64,000 nt of DNA. It comes from Blastocladiella emersonii ATCC 22665. Its lineage: Eukaryota; Fungi; Blastocladiomycota. The notes under the pieces were generated by a model. That model did no database searches and was not told the origin of the DNA. It worked only from the letters and a program-made list of their open reading frames with translations. Shown piece after piece: positions 49,572 through 60,264 of this stretch (position 1 is its first letter; the number at the start of each line of letters is the position of its first letter). The stretch spans positions 1,054,001 through 1,118,000 of the forward strand of contig JANHCV010000005.1 in assembly GCA_025594325.1 (NCBI GenBank). Direction: 5' to 3'. The position numbers were made by a program, and so were the translations under genes.

Positions 49572-52500
49572 TTAGAAGTACTTCTTAAGCTCGACGCGCT
49601 TATCCGCATCGAGAGCGTTCCAGAGCGCCGTCTGGCGGTCGGCGGGGAGGACCGCGAGCAGCGCGCGCGCACGGTTGAGCACCATCTCCGCGACCGCGGG
49701 CTCCTCGTCGTGGGTGCCCTGGTACAGGAGCTCGAGGAGGGCGTCGATGACGCGCTCGATCTGGGCCCCGACAACGGGATGCTGCGCGTCGATGAGGTGG
49801 ACGAGGAACTTGGTGGCCTCGCTGGCCTCGTCGTCGTCGTAGATGATGGGCATGGCCTGCACCCACAGGGCGAGGTACTCGTCCTTCTGCGGGAACGCGT
49901 CGGCCGCGGGGGACCGCAGCACGTGCGCGAGCGCGGACACGGCGTTCTCGGACGCGAGCACGTTGTCCTCGTCGCGCGCCGCCGGGTCGCGCAGCATCGC
50001 CGCGAGCTGCGGGAGCGCCGCGAGGGTGAGCTGCGCGAACTCGGCGCCGCCGACCTTGGCGGCGATCCCGACACCGTACGCGGCCGACTGGCGGACCGAC
50101 GGCTGCGGCATGGTGAGCGCCTGGAGGTACCGCTCGCCGATCATGGGGAGGTACTTTGCGGCGGCGGGCCCGGCAAACTCGATGAGGTCGTCGAACACGG
50201 ACATGCCGAGGAGGAGCAGGTCCTCGTCGTTGGCCGAGAGCGCCTTGTGGATGGTCGGGAGCAGGGTCTCGAGGAGCGGGAGGATCTTGGCGCCGTACAC
50301 CTTGACGAGGGCCTGGATCGCGACCGCGAGGGACGTCATGACCGCGTTCTCCATGGCCGCGTCCTCCTCGAGCGCCTCCTCCTGCTCAGGGTCGTAGTCC
50401 TCGTCCTGCCGCTTGGCGTCGCGCTCGAGGACGAGCTGGTAAACGACGTCGGCTACCTCGCCGAGCACCTGCACCAGCTGCACCGCCTCCTGCTCCGTGA
50501 GGGCGTTCTCGCGCAGCGTGATGATTACCTCGGCGATCGTCGACAGCGCCTGCTGCGAGAACTCGGGGTCCTCCTCCTCGGGCAGCACCTTGACGAACCG
50601 GGCGAGCGCGGCCGACCACTGCGCGCGCATCTCGGGCGACTCGGGGTTGCTGGCGATCACCTTGGCGATGGCGGCGGCCGCGACCTGGCGCACGCCGTCG
50701 TGGTAGTAGAACTCGAGCTGCGGGACGAGCAGCTCCATGACCTGGACCGCGTAGTCGCGGAACCCGTGGCCGAGGTTACGGGCGTAGCACATGAGCATCT
50801 CGATGGCCGAGAACTTCTCGTCGAGCAGGGACGTGCGGATGCACAGGCGCTGGCCCTCGATGACGGCGTGCTGCCACCCGTCCTCGGCCGCGTACTCGTC
50901 GGGGTTCTCCTCGTGGTCGAGCAGGGCGACCTCGGGCTTGAGCTGCGCCGCGGCGACGAGCGGCGGGATCACGACGGGCAAATACGGGATGAACTGGTCC
51001 TTGAGCACCGTGCACAGGCGCGCCCACGAGTGCATCAGGTACGACACCTGCGGGTCGTCGGCCTCGGTCACCTCGCCCTGGATGTTGGCCAGCGCCTGCA
51101 TGAAGGCCGCCGCGTCGGGCGCAAACGTCTCCTCCTTGACCGCCATGGCGATGAGGGTCGCGCACTCCATGGCCTTGCCGCGCAGGAGCCGGAGCTCCTT
51201 CTGGTTGGGCAGCTGCAGGATCTGCATGAGCGCGGGCATCACGGCCGGGTAGTAGGTCGCGAACGCGTCCTCGGCGGCATCGGCGACCGTCGCCATGGTC
51301 GTCATGGCCTGCTCCTTGACGTAGATCTTGGGCGAGCTCGACAGCACCACGAGCTTGGCGAACAGCGGGTCGAGGAACTTCTGCAGGTCGGCGCGGTTCA
51401 CCTCCTCGCAGAAGTTGACCATGGCGGCCGCCGCGTGCGCCTGGACGCGCGGGTTGGCGCCGTCGTCCATGCACGCCATGAGCGCCGGGATGATGGTGCC
51501 AAAGTGGCGCTTCTGCAGCTGCGGGGCAAAGTCGGTCGCGAGCTGCCCGATGCAGTTGCAGGCCGCGTACCGGACGCGCGGGTGCGGGTCGGCGAGGTAG
51601 GGCACGACCATGCCGACGACCTTGGACAGGTCCTTGTTCATGATCTTGTAGCAGCCCTCGCCGATCGCGGAAACCGCCATGAGCGCGGCGTGGCGGCGCT
51701 GCCACTCGGCGGCCTGCAGCATCTGCGGGATGAGCTGGAACGCGACGGGCGTGACCGTGGGCGCGCCGAGCTTGCGGGCGATGCGGTCCATGGCCTGCTC
51801 GCCGATCACGTACGCCTCGTCGGCGTCGTCCTCGTCCTCGACGCTGTCGGTGGTGTGCCAGGCGGGCTCGTCGTCGAGCTGCGCCATCATGTCGAGGGCG
51901 ACGGGGACCACGGCCTGGCAGAAGTCGGGCGTCTGCTTGCGCACCATGGCGGGCGCCTCGTCGACGAGCGTGAGCAGCAGCTCGAGCGCCGCGTGGCGCG
52001 TGTCGGGGTCGAGCTCCGGGTTGGTGGCGAGCGACAGCACAAAGGCGACGAGCTGCGGCAGGATCGGGCGGAACAGCTTGGGCAGGCCCATGGCGAGCTC
52101 GATGAGCGACGTCATGGCCTTGAGGAGGTCCTCCTCGTTGTCGACGGCGAGCAGCGCGGGCAGCACGTTGAGCATCGCGACCATGAGGTTGGCAAAGGCG
52201 CCCTTGCCGTCCTCGCCGACCTCGAGGAGGAAGTAGACGGCGGCGTTGAGCGCGGCGACGCGCACGGGCATGAGCTCCTGGTCCGACAGCGACGCGTCGA
52301 AGACGCGGGCGACGCTGGGCATGTCGACGACGGCGCCGTCGGTCATGAGGAGCCCCGGCACGTTGGCGAGGATTTGGAACGCCGACTCGCGGAACTCGGG
52401 CTCGGCGGCCTGCACGCACTGGAAGACCGCGGGCATCACCTCGGGCCACGCCACGGCCTTGTTGCGCAGCGACTTGGCCAGCTCCGAGATGCAGTCGCCG

Positions 52501-52928
52501 AGCTTCTTGCGCACGTTGGGCACGGGCTCGACGCCGAGCGCGGCGAGCACCTCGCCCAGGCAGTGCACGCGCGTCGCCTCCTGCACCAGGAAGATGGGCG
52601 CCGTGTGCGTCTTGGTCCCGTCGGCCGCCGTCTGGATGATGGGCGACAGCGACAGGCGGCGGAACAGCACCGCGGCGAAGGCGCGGATCTATTCCCGCGA
52701 AAAGAGGGTGAGCACGGCGGCTCCCACGCAGAGATCGTGATGATGACGACGACGCACCGGCGCATCGGGGTGCTGGCGCAGGACCTGGGTGAGCGCGGGC
52801 AGGCCGAGGTCGGGCTGCGCGTCAATGAACTTTGCGCGCAGCGTGGCCTCGGCGTCTGCGCGCTGCGTGTTGTCGTTGCTGACCAGCGCGTGCAGCAGCT
52901 GCGTGATCTCCGCGGCGGCAGCGTCCAT
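49572..52928 (-). CDS. PSE1: Importin-beta family karyopherin Kap121/Pse1 (importin-5), 1095 aa; exons 52758-52928 and 49572-52688
   Basis: N-terminal LVSNDNTQRADAE, IRAFAAVLFRR after splicing, HEAT repeats (WQRRHAALMAVSAIGEG, HPRVRYAACNCIGQLATDF, RLLRGKAMEC) and the VRQSAAYGVG..ENAVSA C-terminus. Confidence 0.93.
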
Positions 52929-53190
52929 GGTGCGTGCGTGTGGGGTGGTTGCTCGTGGACTCGGTCGTCAAGAGTTCGGGGGAAAGAGAGGAGGAAGGGA
53001 GGCGATGGGGCTGGGCTGGGTGGCTGGCCCGACGCACGCTCCGCCACACGGCGAGGAGCAACGCAGAGCAGAGCGGCGCACGCGGGGTCTCAGAGCGCGG
53101 GGTCGCGGGCTGATCTCACCTGACTGCGTTGCCGGGCACGTTGAAATATCATACTCTGTACATTTTTGTCTCCCGGACCCAACCCAAAAT

Positions 53191-55779
53191 CTACTCATCG
53201 TCGTCATCCTCGGCGGGCGGCTGCGACACGATGGCGTCGGGCGGCTGGATGCCCGCGGCGACCATGAGCTCGCGCAGGCGCTCGTTCTCGGCCTCGAGCT
53301 CGTTGACGCGGTGCTCGAGGTAGTCGATCTTGGCCGCCTTGCGCGCGCGCGACTTGCGCGCCGACAGCGTGTTCTTGAGCCGCTTGAGGTCGCGCGGGTC
53401 GACACTCTCGAGGTCGACGCCGCCGCCGTCCTCCGCGCCATCGCCGACCGCTGCTGCTTCTGCTGGCACCGCTGCCGCCGTAAGCTGCGACTTGGCCGGC
53501 CGCCCGCGCTTGCGCTTGGTCGGCGCCTGCAGGATGACCGACGGCAGGATCGCCGCGCCCGCCGACGTGGCCGGCGAGTTGGACTTGGACTGGATCGGGG
53601 CGTCGATCGGGATCAGGTGCGCCGGGTACGCGAGCACGGGTGGGAGCGACTTGCAGTGCGTCGTGCTCTTCTTGGTCGTCGACGGGATCAGCGTCTCGGG
53701 CGCACCGCCGCCGCTCGCCGCCGTCGTCGCCGTCGACGCGCCCGAGCTCGCACGGTGCAGGACCGGCGGCGGGTCGGACGGTTCCGTGGCGGCGGTCGTG
53801 GTGGTGCTGGCGGCGGCGGCACCGCGCCGGGACACGCGGCGCGAGGTCGACGCGGAGGCCGTGGTGGTGGTGGTTGTCGTGGCACCTGCCGCCCGCGTGG
53901 TCCGCGCACCCGACGCGCGTGAAGCAGCTGGTGCGGCGCGCCGGCGCGACGGCTTGGCCTCGACCGCGACCCGCACGTCCGACGACGACGTGCTCGAGAG
54001 ATCGTCGGTGTCGACGATCCCCATATCGCCAAACTCGGACTCGACCCCACACGGCGGCGGCGCTCCATCTTGTCCGTCGCGTCGCCGCACCTGCCCACGC
54101 GACCCGTAGTACCCCTGCCGCTGCTGCATCATCTGCTGCCACTGCTCGGGCGACGTGGGCGCGGTCGGGAGGCCCGTCGGCGGGAACCGGTGGTCCGGGT
54201 GCGCGTGCCCGTGAGGGGGAGGGGGCGGAGGGTAGTCGTACGGCGGGTAGCCGCCATCCAAAAGATGCGGCGGCGGCAGCGGGTGGCCGTGCGCGTGCGC
54301 GTGGTACCGGTGGTGGTGGTGGTACTCGGCGGCAGCCGCGTACGCGTACTCGAGCGCGGGCGGCGGCGGCGGGTAACCCGTCTGCGCGCCCGGGTAGTGG
54401 TAGTGACCGGGAGGCGGCGGCGGGTGGAGATGGTGCGGGTGGGGAGGCGGGTACACGTGCGGCGGCGGGAGAGGTGGCGGGATCCCGTGCGCATCGCCAT
54501 TGCCGTTGGCGGTGACAGCGGTCGACGACGACGCAAAGACCGACGGCGGCGCAAGGTGCGGCGGCATCTGCAGGTGCGTGCCGAACGGGTTGGGCGGTTC
54601 GTCACCAGCCTGCTGGCCGGGCGACTGGTCGCTGCCGTCCTGCTGCGCGGGCGGGGGAGGCGGCGAGAAGGGCTGGTCGTGGTTGCGCATCAGGGCGACG
54701 CGCGCGGGCGTCGCGACAAACGAGGCGGGCGACTGCGCCGTGGACTCGGCGGCGGGCGCGACACTCACGACGCCGTCCATGGGCGACACGGCGCGCGGGA
54801 GCGAGGCGCCAAAGCACGAGTCCGGAATCGACGAGCCGGCGGGACCCGGCGCGAGCTCGCGGCGTTGGCGCGACGTCAGCGGCGACAGGACGGGCGGAGC
54901 GATGCCGGACGTGTCCATGGCGTCGTCGCCGTTGGGGACCGAGTCGAACTGCATGGCGGGCAGGTGGCGCAGCGACGTCTGGGTGTGCGGCATGGGCTGG
55001 GTGTCGAGGCCGGGCTCGGTCTTGACGACGTCCATGTCCATGGGCTCGTCGCCCTCCTCCTCGTCGAGACGGCGCAGCTGGCTCGGCATCGGCTCGGCCG
55101 TGGGCTGGCTCGGCATCGGCTCGGCCGTGGGCTGGCTCGGCATCGGCTCGGCCGTGGGCTGGCTCGGCATCAGCTGCGAGAAGGACGGCGGGTCCATGAG
55201 CTTGGAGAAATCCTGCGACGACCCGTCGCCGGGCACGACGGCGCTCGGCGGGAGCGGGACGGGCGCGGCGAGCGGGGTCGAGGCGGTGGCGGACCGCGAC
55301 CCGCTGCGGCGCGACCCCGAGCGCGAGCCCACGGCCGTCAGCGTCGGCGGGGCATCGGCCGATACGAGCACGGGCGAGTCGACCGAGTCGCGCTCGTGCT
55401 GGCTCAGCGAGCGGACCTCAAAGTTCTGGCTCGACGGCGGGTCGGCGGGCGCCAGCGACACGCTGAGGTCGCCGCGCGCCGTCACGGCGGTGCGCAGGTC
55501 CGGGTCGCGCGCGGCGGCAGTCGCAGCGGCGCCGGGCAGCGACGCGAACCACGCCGGGTTGATGTCGCGGGCGGCCGAGGCGGGCGGGGCGGGCGCGGCG
55601 TGGCCCTGCGAGTCGCCGGTGCCGCTGTCCTCGTTGAGGTCAAACACCTCGGACAGGCCCTGCGAGACGAGGAAGTTGGGCATGCTGTCTTCCTTGCTGG
55701 CGTCCTTGTCGTCGGACGTCGATGCGGTAGTTGTGGTAGGGGGAGCGCCGGCGGGCGGAGGGCTGCCCGCGAGCGACAT
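53191..55779 (-). CDS. bZIP transcription factor with Gcn4/CPC-1-like basic region, 862 aa
   Basis: C-terminal DPRDLKRLKNTLSARKSRARK followed by the zipper LEHRVNELEAENERL; long disordered P/H/S-rich N-terminal region. Confidence 0.85.
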   Translation of the reverse strand: MSLAGSPPPAGAPPTTTTASTSDDKDASKEDSMPNFLVSQGLSEVFDLNEDSGTGDSQGHAAPAPPASAARDINPAWFASLPGAAATAAARDPDLRTAVTARGDLSVSLAPADPPSSQNFEVRSLSQHERDSVDSPVLVSADAPPTLTAVGSRSGSRRSGSRSATASTPLAAPVPLPPSAVVPGDGSSQDFSKLMDPPSFSQLMPSQPTAEPMPSQPTAEPMPSQPTAEPMPSQLRRLDEEEGDEPMDMDVVKTEPGLDTQPMPHTQTSLRHLPAMQFDSVPNGDDAMDTSGIAPPVLSPLTSRQRRELAPGPAGSSIPDSCFGASLPRAVSPMDGVVSVAPAAESTAQSPASFVATPARVALMRNHDQPFSPPPPPAQQDGSDQSPGQQAGDEPPNPFGTHLQMPPHLAPPSVFASSSTAVTANGNGDAHGIPPPLPPPHVYPPPHPHHLHPPPPPGHYHYPGAQTGYPPPPPALEYAYAAAAEYHHHHRYHAHAHGHPLPPPHLLDGGYPPYDYPPPPPPHGHAHPDHRFPPTGLPTAPTSPEQWQQMMQQRQGYYGSRGQVRRRDGQDGAPPPCGVESEFGDMGIVDTDDLSSTSSSDVRVAVEAKPSRRRAAPAASRASGARTTRAAGATTTTTTTASASTSRRVSRRGAAAASTTTTAATEPSDPPPVLHRASSGASTATTAASGGGAPETLIPSTTKKSTTHCKSLPPVLAYPAHLIPIDAPIQSKSNSPATSAGAAILPSVILQAPTKRKRGRPAKSQLTAAAVPAEAAAVGDGAEDGGGVDLESVDPRDLKRLKNTLSARKSRARKAAKIDYLEHRVNELEAENERLRELMVAAGIQPPDAIVSQPPAEDDDDE
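55077..55171. repeat. 27-bp coding tandem repeat x3.5 (PSQPTAEPM) in the bZIP gene
   Basis: Unit GCTGGCTCGGCATCGGCTCGGCCGTGG repeated exactly. Confidence 0.92.
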
Positions 55780-56750
55780 GGTGTTAGTGGGCGGGCCGGC
55801 TGCGGCAAGTTACGTTGCAGGGAGGGCGAGGGGGCAGCGGACGAGGGCGAGGTCGGCGGCGGGAGCGAGAGCGGGAACGAGCGGGCAGGGCGAAGGCGCA
55901 GGCTGGTGGGGACGGCCGGAGCCGACAGTCGCCGAATCGAGCACGCATGCTCGTCTGCCCGGCGACCCGCGCGCGAACCGAGCACGCTTTCATGCTCACG
56001 GCAAGCGGGCGCAGCTGCCGTCACCGCCATCACCGAGCCGTGCTCGCCCGGTCCGCGACCGATGAACCGAACGCGACCGACCACCACGGGTCCGCGAGGG
56101 CTCCAACGCGAGCGAGGGCGGGCGGATCCGGGAGGCCCAGCATCGAGCCTCTCCTCTCCAAGGAGTGTGATGGACGCCGTACCTGATGCAAGCAGGTAGC
56201 GCGGTGCGGATAAGATGGATGGATGCGTGTTCGCGTGCAGAGGGGACCGAACGGGGCGGGGGGCGGTTCAAGAGAGGGAGCGGAGCCGCAACCGCAGTGA
56301 CGCATCCGGCCGGGCGGCCGAGCCCGAGTCGTGACTCCCCGCCCGACCGAGTTGCCCCGGATCGGCGACTGCGCCGCCGTGTGAGTCCCTCGCGCACCGA
56401 CCTCCTCCCCGCGGCTCGTGCCGACGCTTCTCGCGGTGTGGCCTTCGCCTGTCTCCCCGTCCCCACCACGTGCGCGCGACCGACGCGTCGAAGGGGGAGA
56501 CGCGTCGCGTGGGCGGGCGGCCCAGCCGCTCATCTTCGACGCTCCTCGCGAACCTTCCACCGTCCACGCGCCGCGCCGCAGCAGCCGCACCGATCGATGA
56601 TGAACCACATGCATAGCGGCGCCCATGATGAGCGCACGCCGTCATGCCGCCGAGACACGTCGGCCCAGGCCACCGCGCCGACCGCCGCGGCCGCCAAGAT
56701 CCGCATGCTGGACGCCGTGAGCGCGCGGCCGCACCGAGGCAGGCAAGTGG

Positions 56751-56756
56751 TATAAA
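56751..56756 (+). promoter_or_regulatory. TATA box of App1-like gene
   Basis: TATAAA ~105 nt upstream of the ATG at 56860. Confidence 0.6.
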
Positions 56757-56859
56757 GATGCCCTGATGCCGCCGCTACCCCCCGCCGTCGTGCTCTCGTC
56801 GCTCGACACGCTGCTGCTCGCCCAACCTGTCCTGCCCGTCCACCACCGCCACTACCACC

Positions 56860-58654
56860 ATGACGTCCAAGGACCCCACGCACCCGCGCGCGCGCCCCAA
56901 GCGCTCGATCGTGTCGGCCATCGCCGCTGCCGCCGTGTGCGGCCTGCTGTGCGTCGGCGCGCTCGGCCCGGCGCCCGTCCTCGCGCAGTCGCCGACCACC
57001 ACCACCAGCTTGTCGGCCGGCACCACGCGCAGCACCATCGACGGCACCATCATCCCGACGGTCCTCGTGCTCCCGGGCTACGCGTCGGCCTCGCTCGCGC
57101 CGCCCGCATCCACGACGCCGCCGCCCGGCAGCGGGTCCGTGACGTCGACCACGGCCACGCTCACCATCACGTCGGGCACCTTCTCGACGCCCGTCACGCT
57201 GACCCTGACCGCCACCGACACGGCATCGTCGTCCGCGCCGGGGGCGTCGAGTACCCCGACCACAACTTCAGCAGCGCCCGGCGGCTCGCCGACACCCGGC
57301 GACTCGATCCGCGCCGTCGCGCAGGCGTTCCTGTTCACGCCGCCCGATCCGACCGACGACGACACGACCGACCCGTACTCGGGCCCGTTCAGCGTGTTCC
57401 AGCTCGCCAACCTCAACGCCGACCAGGAGGCGGTGCTGCTCAACCGCAGCTACTACTTCAAGGGCCGCGGCCAGGTGACGCCGGCGCAGGTCGTGCTGAG
57501 CGCCAACACCTCGTCGCCGCTGCCGCGCCCGCCGCCGCCCATCGCGCCCGTCGCGTTCCCGGTCCCGCGCGACTTCCCCAAGGCGTGGGCGTCGCCCGAC
57601 AACCCGCCCGTGTCGCGCAAGAACCTGACGACGGCCGCCAATGGCGTGCTGCAGATCAACCACACGTGGACCAACCTGCCGCCCGGGTTCATCCCGACAC
57701 TGCCCGCCATTTCGGGCGCCGTCATGATGCCGTTCCAGGTCGCCCCGTTTGTGAGCAACTCGTCGACGGTCGGGCCCGGCGCGCTGCCCGGCGCCGAGGT
57801 CTCGTACATGGTGCTCGTCAACGAGGGGCCGGGGTCGGGGTCGTCGGCCCAGCAGTCGCCGTCGCCCTCGCCGCCCGCGCAGCAGCACTTTGCCGTGCTC
57901 TCGGACATTGACGTACGTTTCTCACTACTCGACTCGCCGCATCGCATCGACCCGATCACTAACCGACGCTTTCATCCGAAACCAACAGGACGTGCTCAAG
58001 ATCACCAACGTGTCGAGCCCGTGGCGCGGCCTCATCAACAGCTTCACGTCCGTGTACGAGCCGGTGCCGGGCATGCCCAACGTGTTCGACGGCATCGCGC
58101 AGCGGCTCGCCTTCGTCGGGTCCAACGCGACGTTCCACTACGTGACGGGCACGCCGATCCCGCTGTTCCCCGGCCTGCAGCAGTTCCTCGGCGCCTACTA
58201 CCCGCCGGGCTCGCTGACGCTGCGGCCCGTGATCGACTTTGACGCGCAGTCGTTCATCAACCTCATCTCGGAAACCCCCAACGACGCGTACCGGTCGGGC
58301 GCCCTGACTGACATCCTGACCGTATTCCCGGCCGCGACGGGCATGATCTTCGCCGACAGCGCCGCCTCGTCGTACCGCGCATACCTCGACGTCGTGTCGC
58401 GGTTCCCCGACCGCATCGGGTGCATCTACATGCGCAACCTGACCGTCACCGAGCCCGGCCGCACGGGACCCGGCGGCGGGCCCGGCGGCGTCCGCCAGCG
58501 CCTCATCCTGCTCACGCGCGACGACGCCGTCAAGCAGCTCGCCGACCGGCTCCAGGGCAACACCACGCGCGCTGAGAACATGCTCGTCACCTTCTCGGAC
58601 CCGTCGGCCATCCTCGGGTTTGACTGGACGGCGCAGCCGCTGCAGTGTTCGTGA
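56860..58654 (+). CDS. APP1: App1-family phosphatidate phosphatase-like protein with N-terminal hydrophobic segment, 572 aa; exons 56860-57912 and 57989-58654
   Basis: Splicing the 76-nt intron (GTACGT..CTAAC..CAG) creates VLSDID|DVLKITNV, a DxDx(T/V) motif. Also FHYVTGTP, YPPGSL, and FPDRIGCIYMRN. Confidence 0.8.
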
Positions 58655-58987
58655 GCGCGCGTCGGTTTGTGTTGTGGATACCCGTCGTCGTTGGTGAGGC
58701 CGGGTGTGAAGAAATCTGCTGTGTCCTGTATCGAATATCATCCGCTGTAACTATCAGCCATAAGCGCTGGCTTTGAAGAAAGCCGTCGGTGAAAGCCTTA
58801 GAACCGCGAGGGAGCAAAAGTCGCGCTGCGCCACGGCGTGACCGCGGCGAGCGCTGAGTGGTCGCGGTCCGCACTGCTCATCATCTTCGCGTCTCGCATG
58901 TCTCGCACTGTTCCAGTCAGTCGGTCCTGTGCCCCCTTCGTTTGCACTCGCCGAGTCCCCGCCGCATGCGTGTACCGCCTCCGACCG

Positions 58988-58993
58988 TATAAA
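58988..58993 (+). promoter_or_regulatory. TATA box of Q/A-rich gene copy 4
   Basis: TATAAA at conserved spacing from the ATG at 59083. Confidence 0.7.
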
Positions 58994-59082
58994 TCCGGGC
59001 CGTTCCCCGCTCTCCCCACCTCTTGCTCAACACGCTTGCATACCTTGCTCACGTACCCGACGAATCTCCCTACTATCGAAGA

Positions 59083-60264
59083 ATGGGTCGCACTCAGCTC
59101 CACTCTGCCCAGCGCCAGGCCGTGCACCAGCACCAGGCCCAGGCCGCCAACGCCAAGTCCGCCACCGCGAACAACAACAACAACGCGCCCGCCGCGAACA
59201 ACAACAACAACGCGCCCGCCGCGAAGCAGCAGCAGCAGCAGGCCCGTGCCCAGTCGCCGCAGCTCAAGCAGGCTGCTCCTGCCGCCGCTCAGCAGCAGCA
59301 GAAGCAGGCCCCGCAGCAGGCCCGCGCGCAGCCGGCTCAGCCCAAGCAGGCCGCCGTTCAGCAGCAGCAGGCTCGCGCGCAGTCGCCCCAGCTCAAGCAG
59401 CAGCAGCAGCAGGCCTTGGTCGCCGCCGCTCCCCAGAAGCAACAGCAGGCCCGTACCCAGTCCGCGGCCGCCGCCGCGCAGGTGTACCGCGCCACGCCCG
59501 TCCGCGAGCATCCCGACGACGCGTTCCTCTCGGGCGCGTGGATGTTTGACGAGGCCCGCATTCCGCAGTGGATGGCGCCACAGCTTCCGAAACAGCAGCA
59601 GGCCCGCGCCGCTCAACCCACCGTTGCTGTTCGCGCCCAGTCGCCTCAGCAGCAGAAGCAGCAGCTCAAGCAGGCCGCTCCCGCTCCCGCTCCCGCTGCC
59701 GCCGCCACGCCCGCGAAGCAGCAGCAGGCCGCCCGCGCACAGCCGCAGCAGCAGGCCCAGCTCCCGCGCAACGCCGCTGCCGTGATCCCCGTTGGCGCTG
59801 TCCGCGCCAAGAACGCGTCGGCCGACGACGCCTTCTTCTCGGGCTCGTGGCTCTTTGACTCGGCCGCCGCGCCGCAGTGGCTCCAGTCGCAGCTGCCCGC
59901 GCCCAAGGCGCAGCAGGCGCAGCAGGCGCAGCAGGCGCAGCAGGCGCAGCAGGCGCAGCAGGCGCAGCAGGCGCAGCAGGCGCAGCAGGCGCAGCAGGCG
60001 CAGCAGGCGCAGCAGGCGCAGCAGGCGCAGCAGGCGCAGCAGGCGCAGCAGCAGCAGCTCAAGCAGCAGGCCGCCGCTCCTCGCGCGCAGCCGGCTCAGA
60101 TCAAGCAGGCTGCCGCCCCGACTCAGCAGCAGCAGCAGGCGCGCGCTCAGTCGCCGCAGCTCAAGCAGGCCGCCCCTGCTCCGCAGCAGCAGAAGCAGCC
60201 GTCTCAGAAGCAGCAGGACCAGCGCCGCCCGCATTCGCCGACCCGCGGCAACAAGCGTGGGTAG
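59083..60264 (+). CDS. Gln/Ala-rich low-complexity protein, copy 4, 393 aa (mosaic)
   Basis: ATG at 59083. N- and C-termini are copy-3 type, the middle is copy-1/2 type, and it contains 15 QQA units. Confidence 0.8.
   Translation: MGRTQLHSAQRQAVHQHQAQAANAKSATANNNNNAPAANNNNNAPAAKQQQQQARAQSPQLKQAAPAAAQQQQKQAPQQARAQPAQPKQAAVQQQQARAQSPQLKQQQQQALVAAAPQKQQQARTQSAAAAAQVYRATPVREHPDDAFLSGAWMFDEARIPQWMAPQLPKQQQARAAQPTVAVRAQSPQQQKQQLKQAAPAPAPAAAATPAKQQQAARAQPQQQAQLPRNAAAVIPVGAVRAKNASADDAFFSGSWLFDSAAAPQWLQSQLPAPKAQQAQQAQQAQQAQQAQQAQQAQQAQQAQQAQQAQQAQQAQQAQQAQQQQLKQQAAAPRAQPAQIKQAAAPTQQQQQARAQSPQLKQAAPAPQQQKQPSQKQQDQRRPHSPTRGNKRG
59911..60045 (+). repeat. (CAGCAGGCG)15 coding minisatellite
   Basis: Fifteen exact 9-mers counted; three in copies 1/2 (6560-6586) and none in copy 3. 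Confidence 0.93.

Noticed and set aside
55763-55813. Possible intron (GTAACT..CTAAC..CAG) removing the bZIP ATG
   Set aside because: The donor is unlike the others in this window, and splicing from the upstream ORF frame would not join the bZIP frame.
33934-56199. Very long antisense or off-frame ORFs over DUG2, eIF4G, importins and bZIP (e.g. 33934-35874, 37917-40550, 49710-53123, 54070-56199)
   Set aside because: Expected where GC3 is extreme and stops are rare. The recognisable domains are all in the opposite or another frame.
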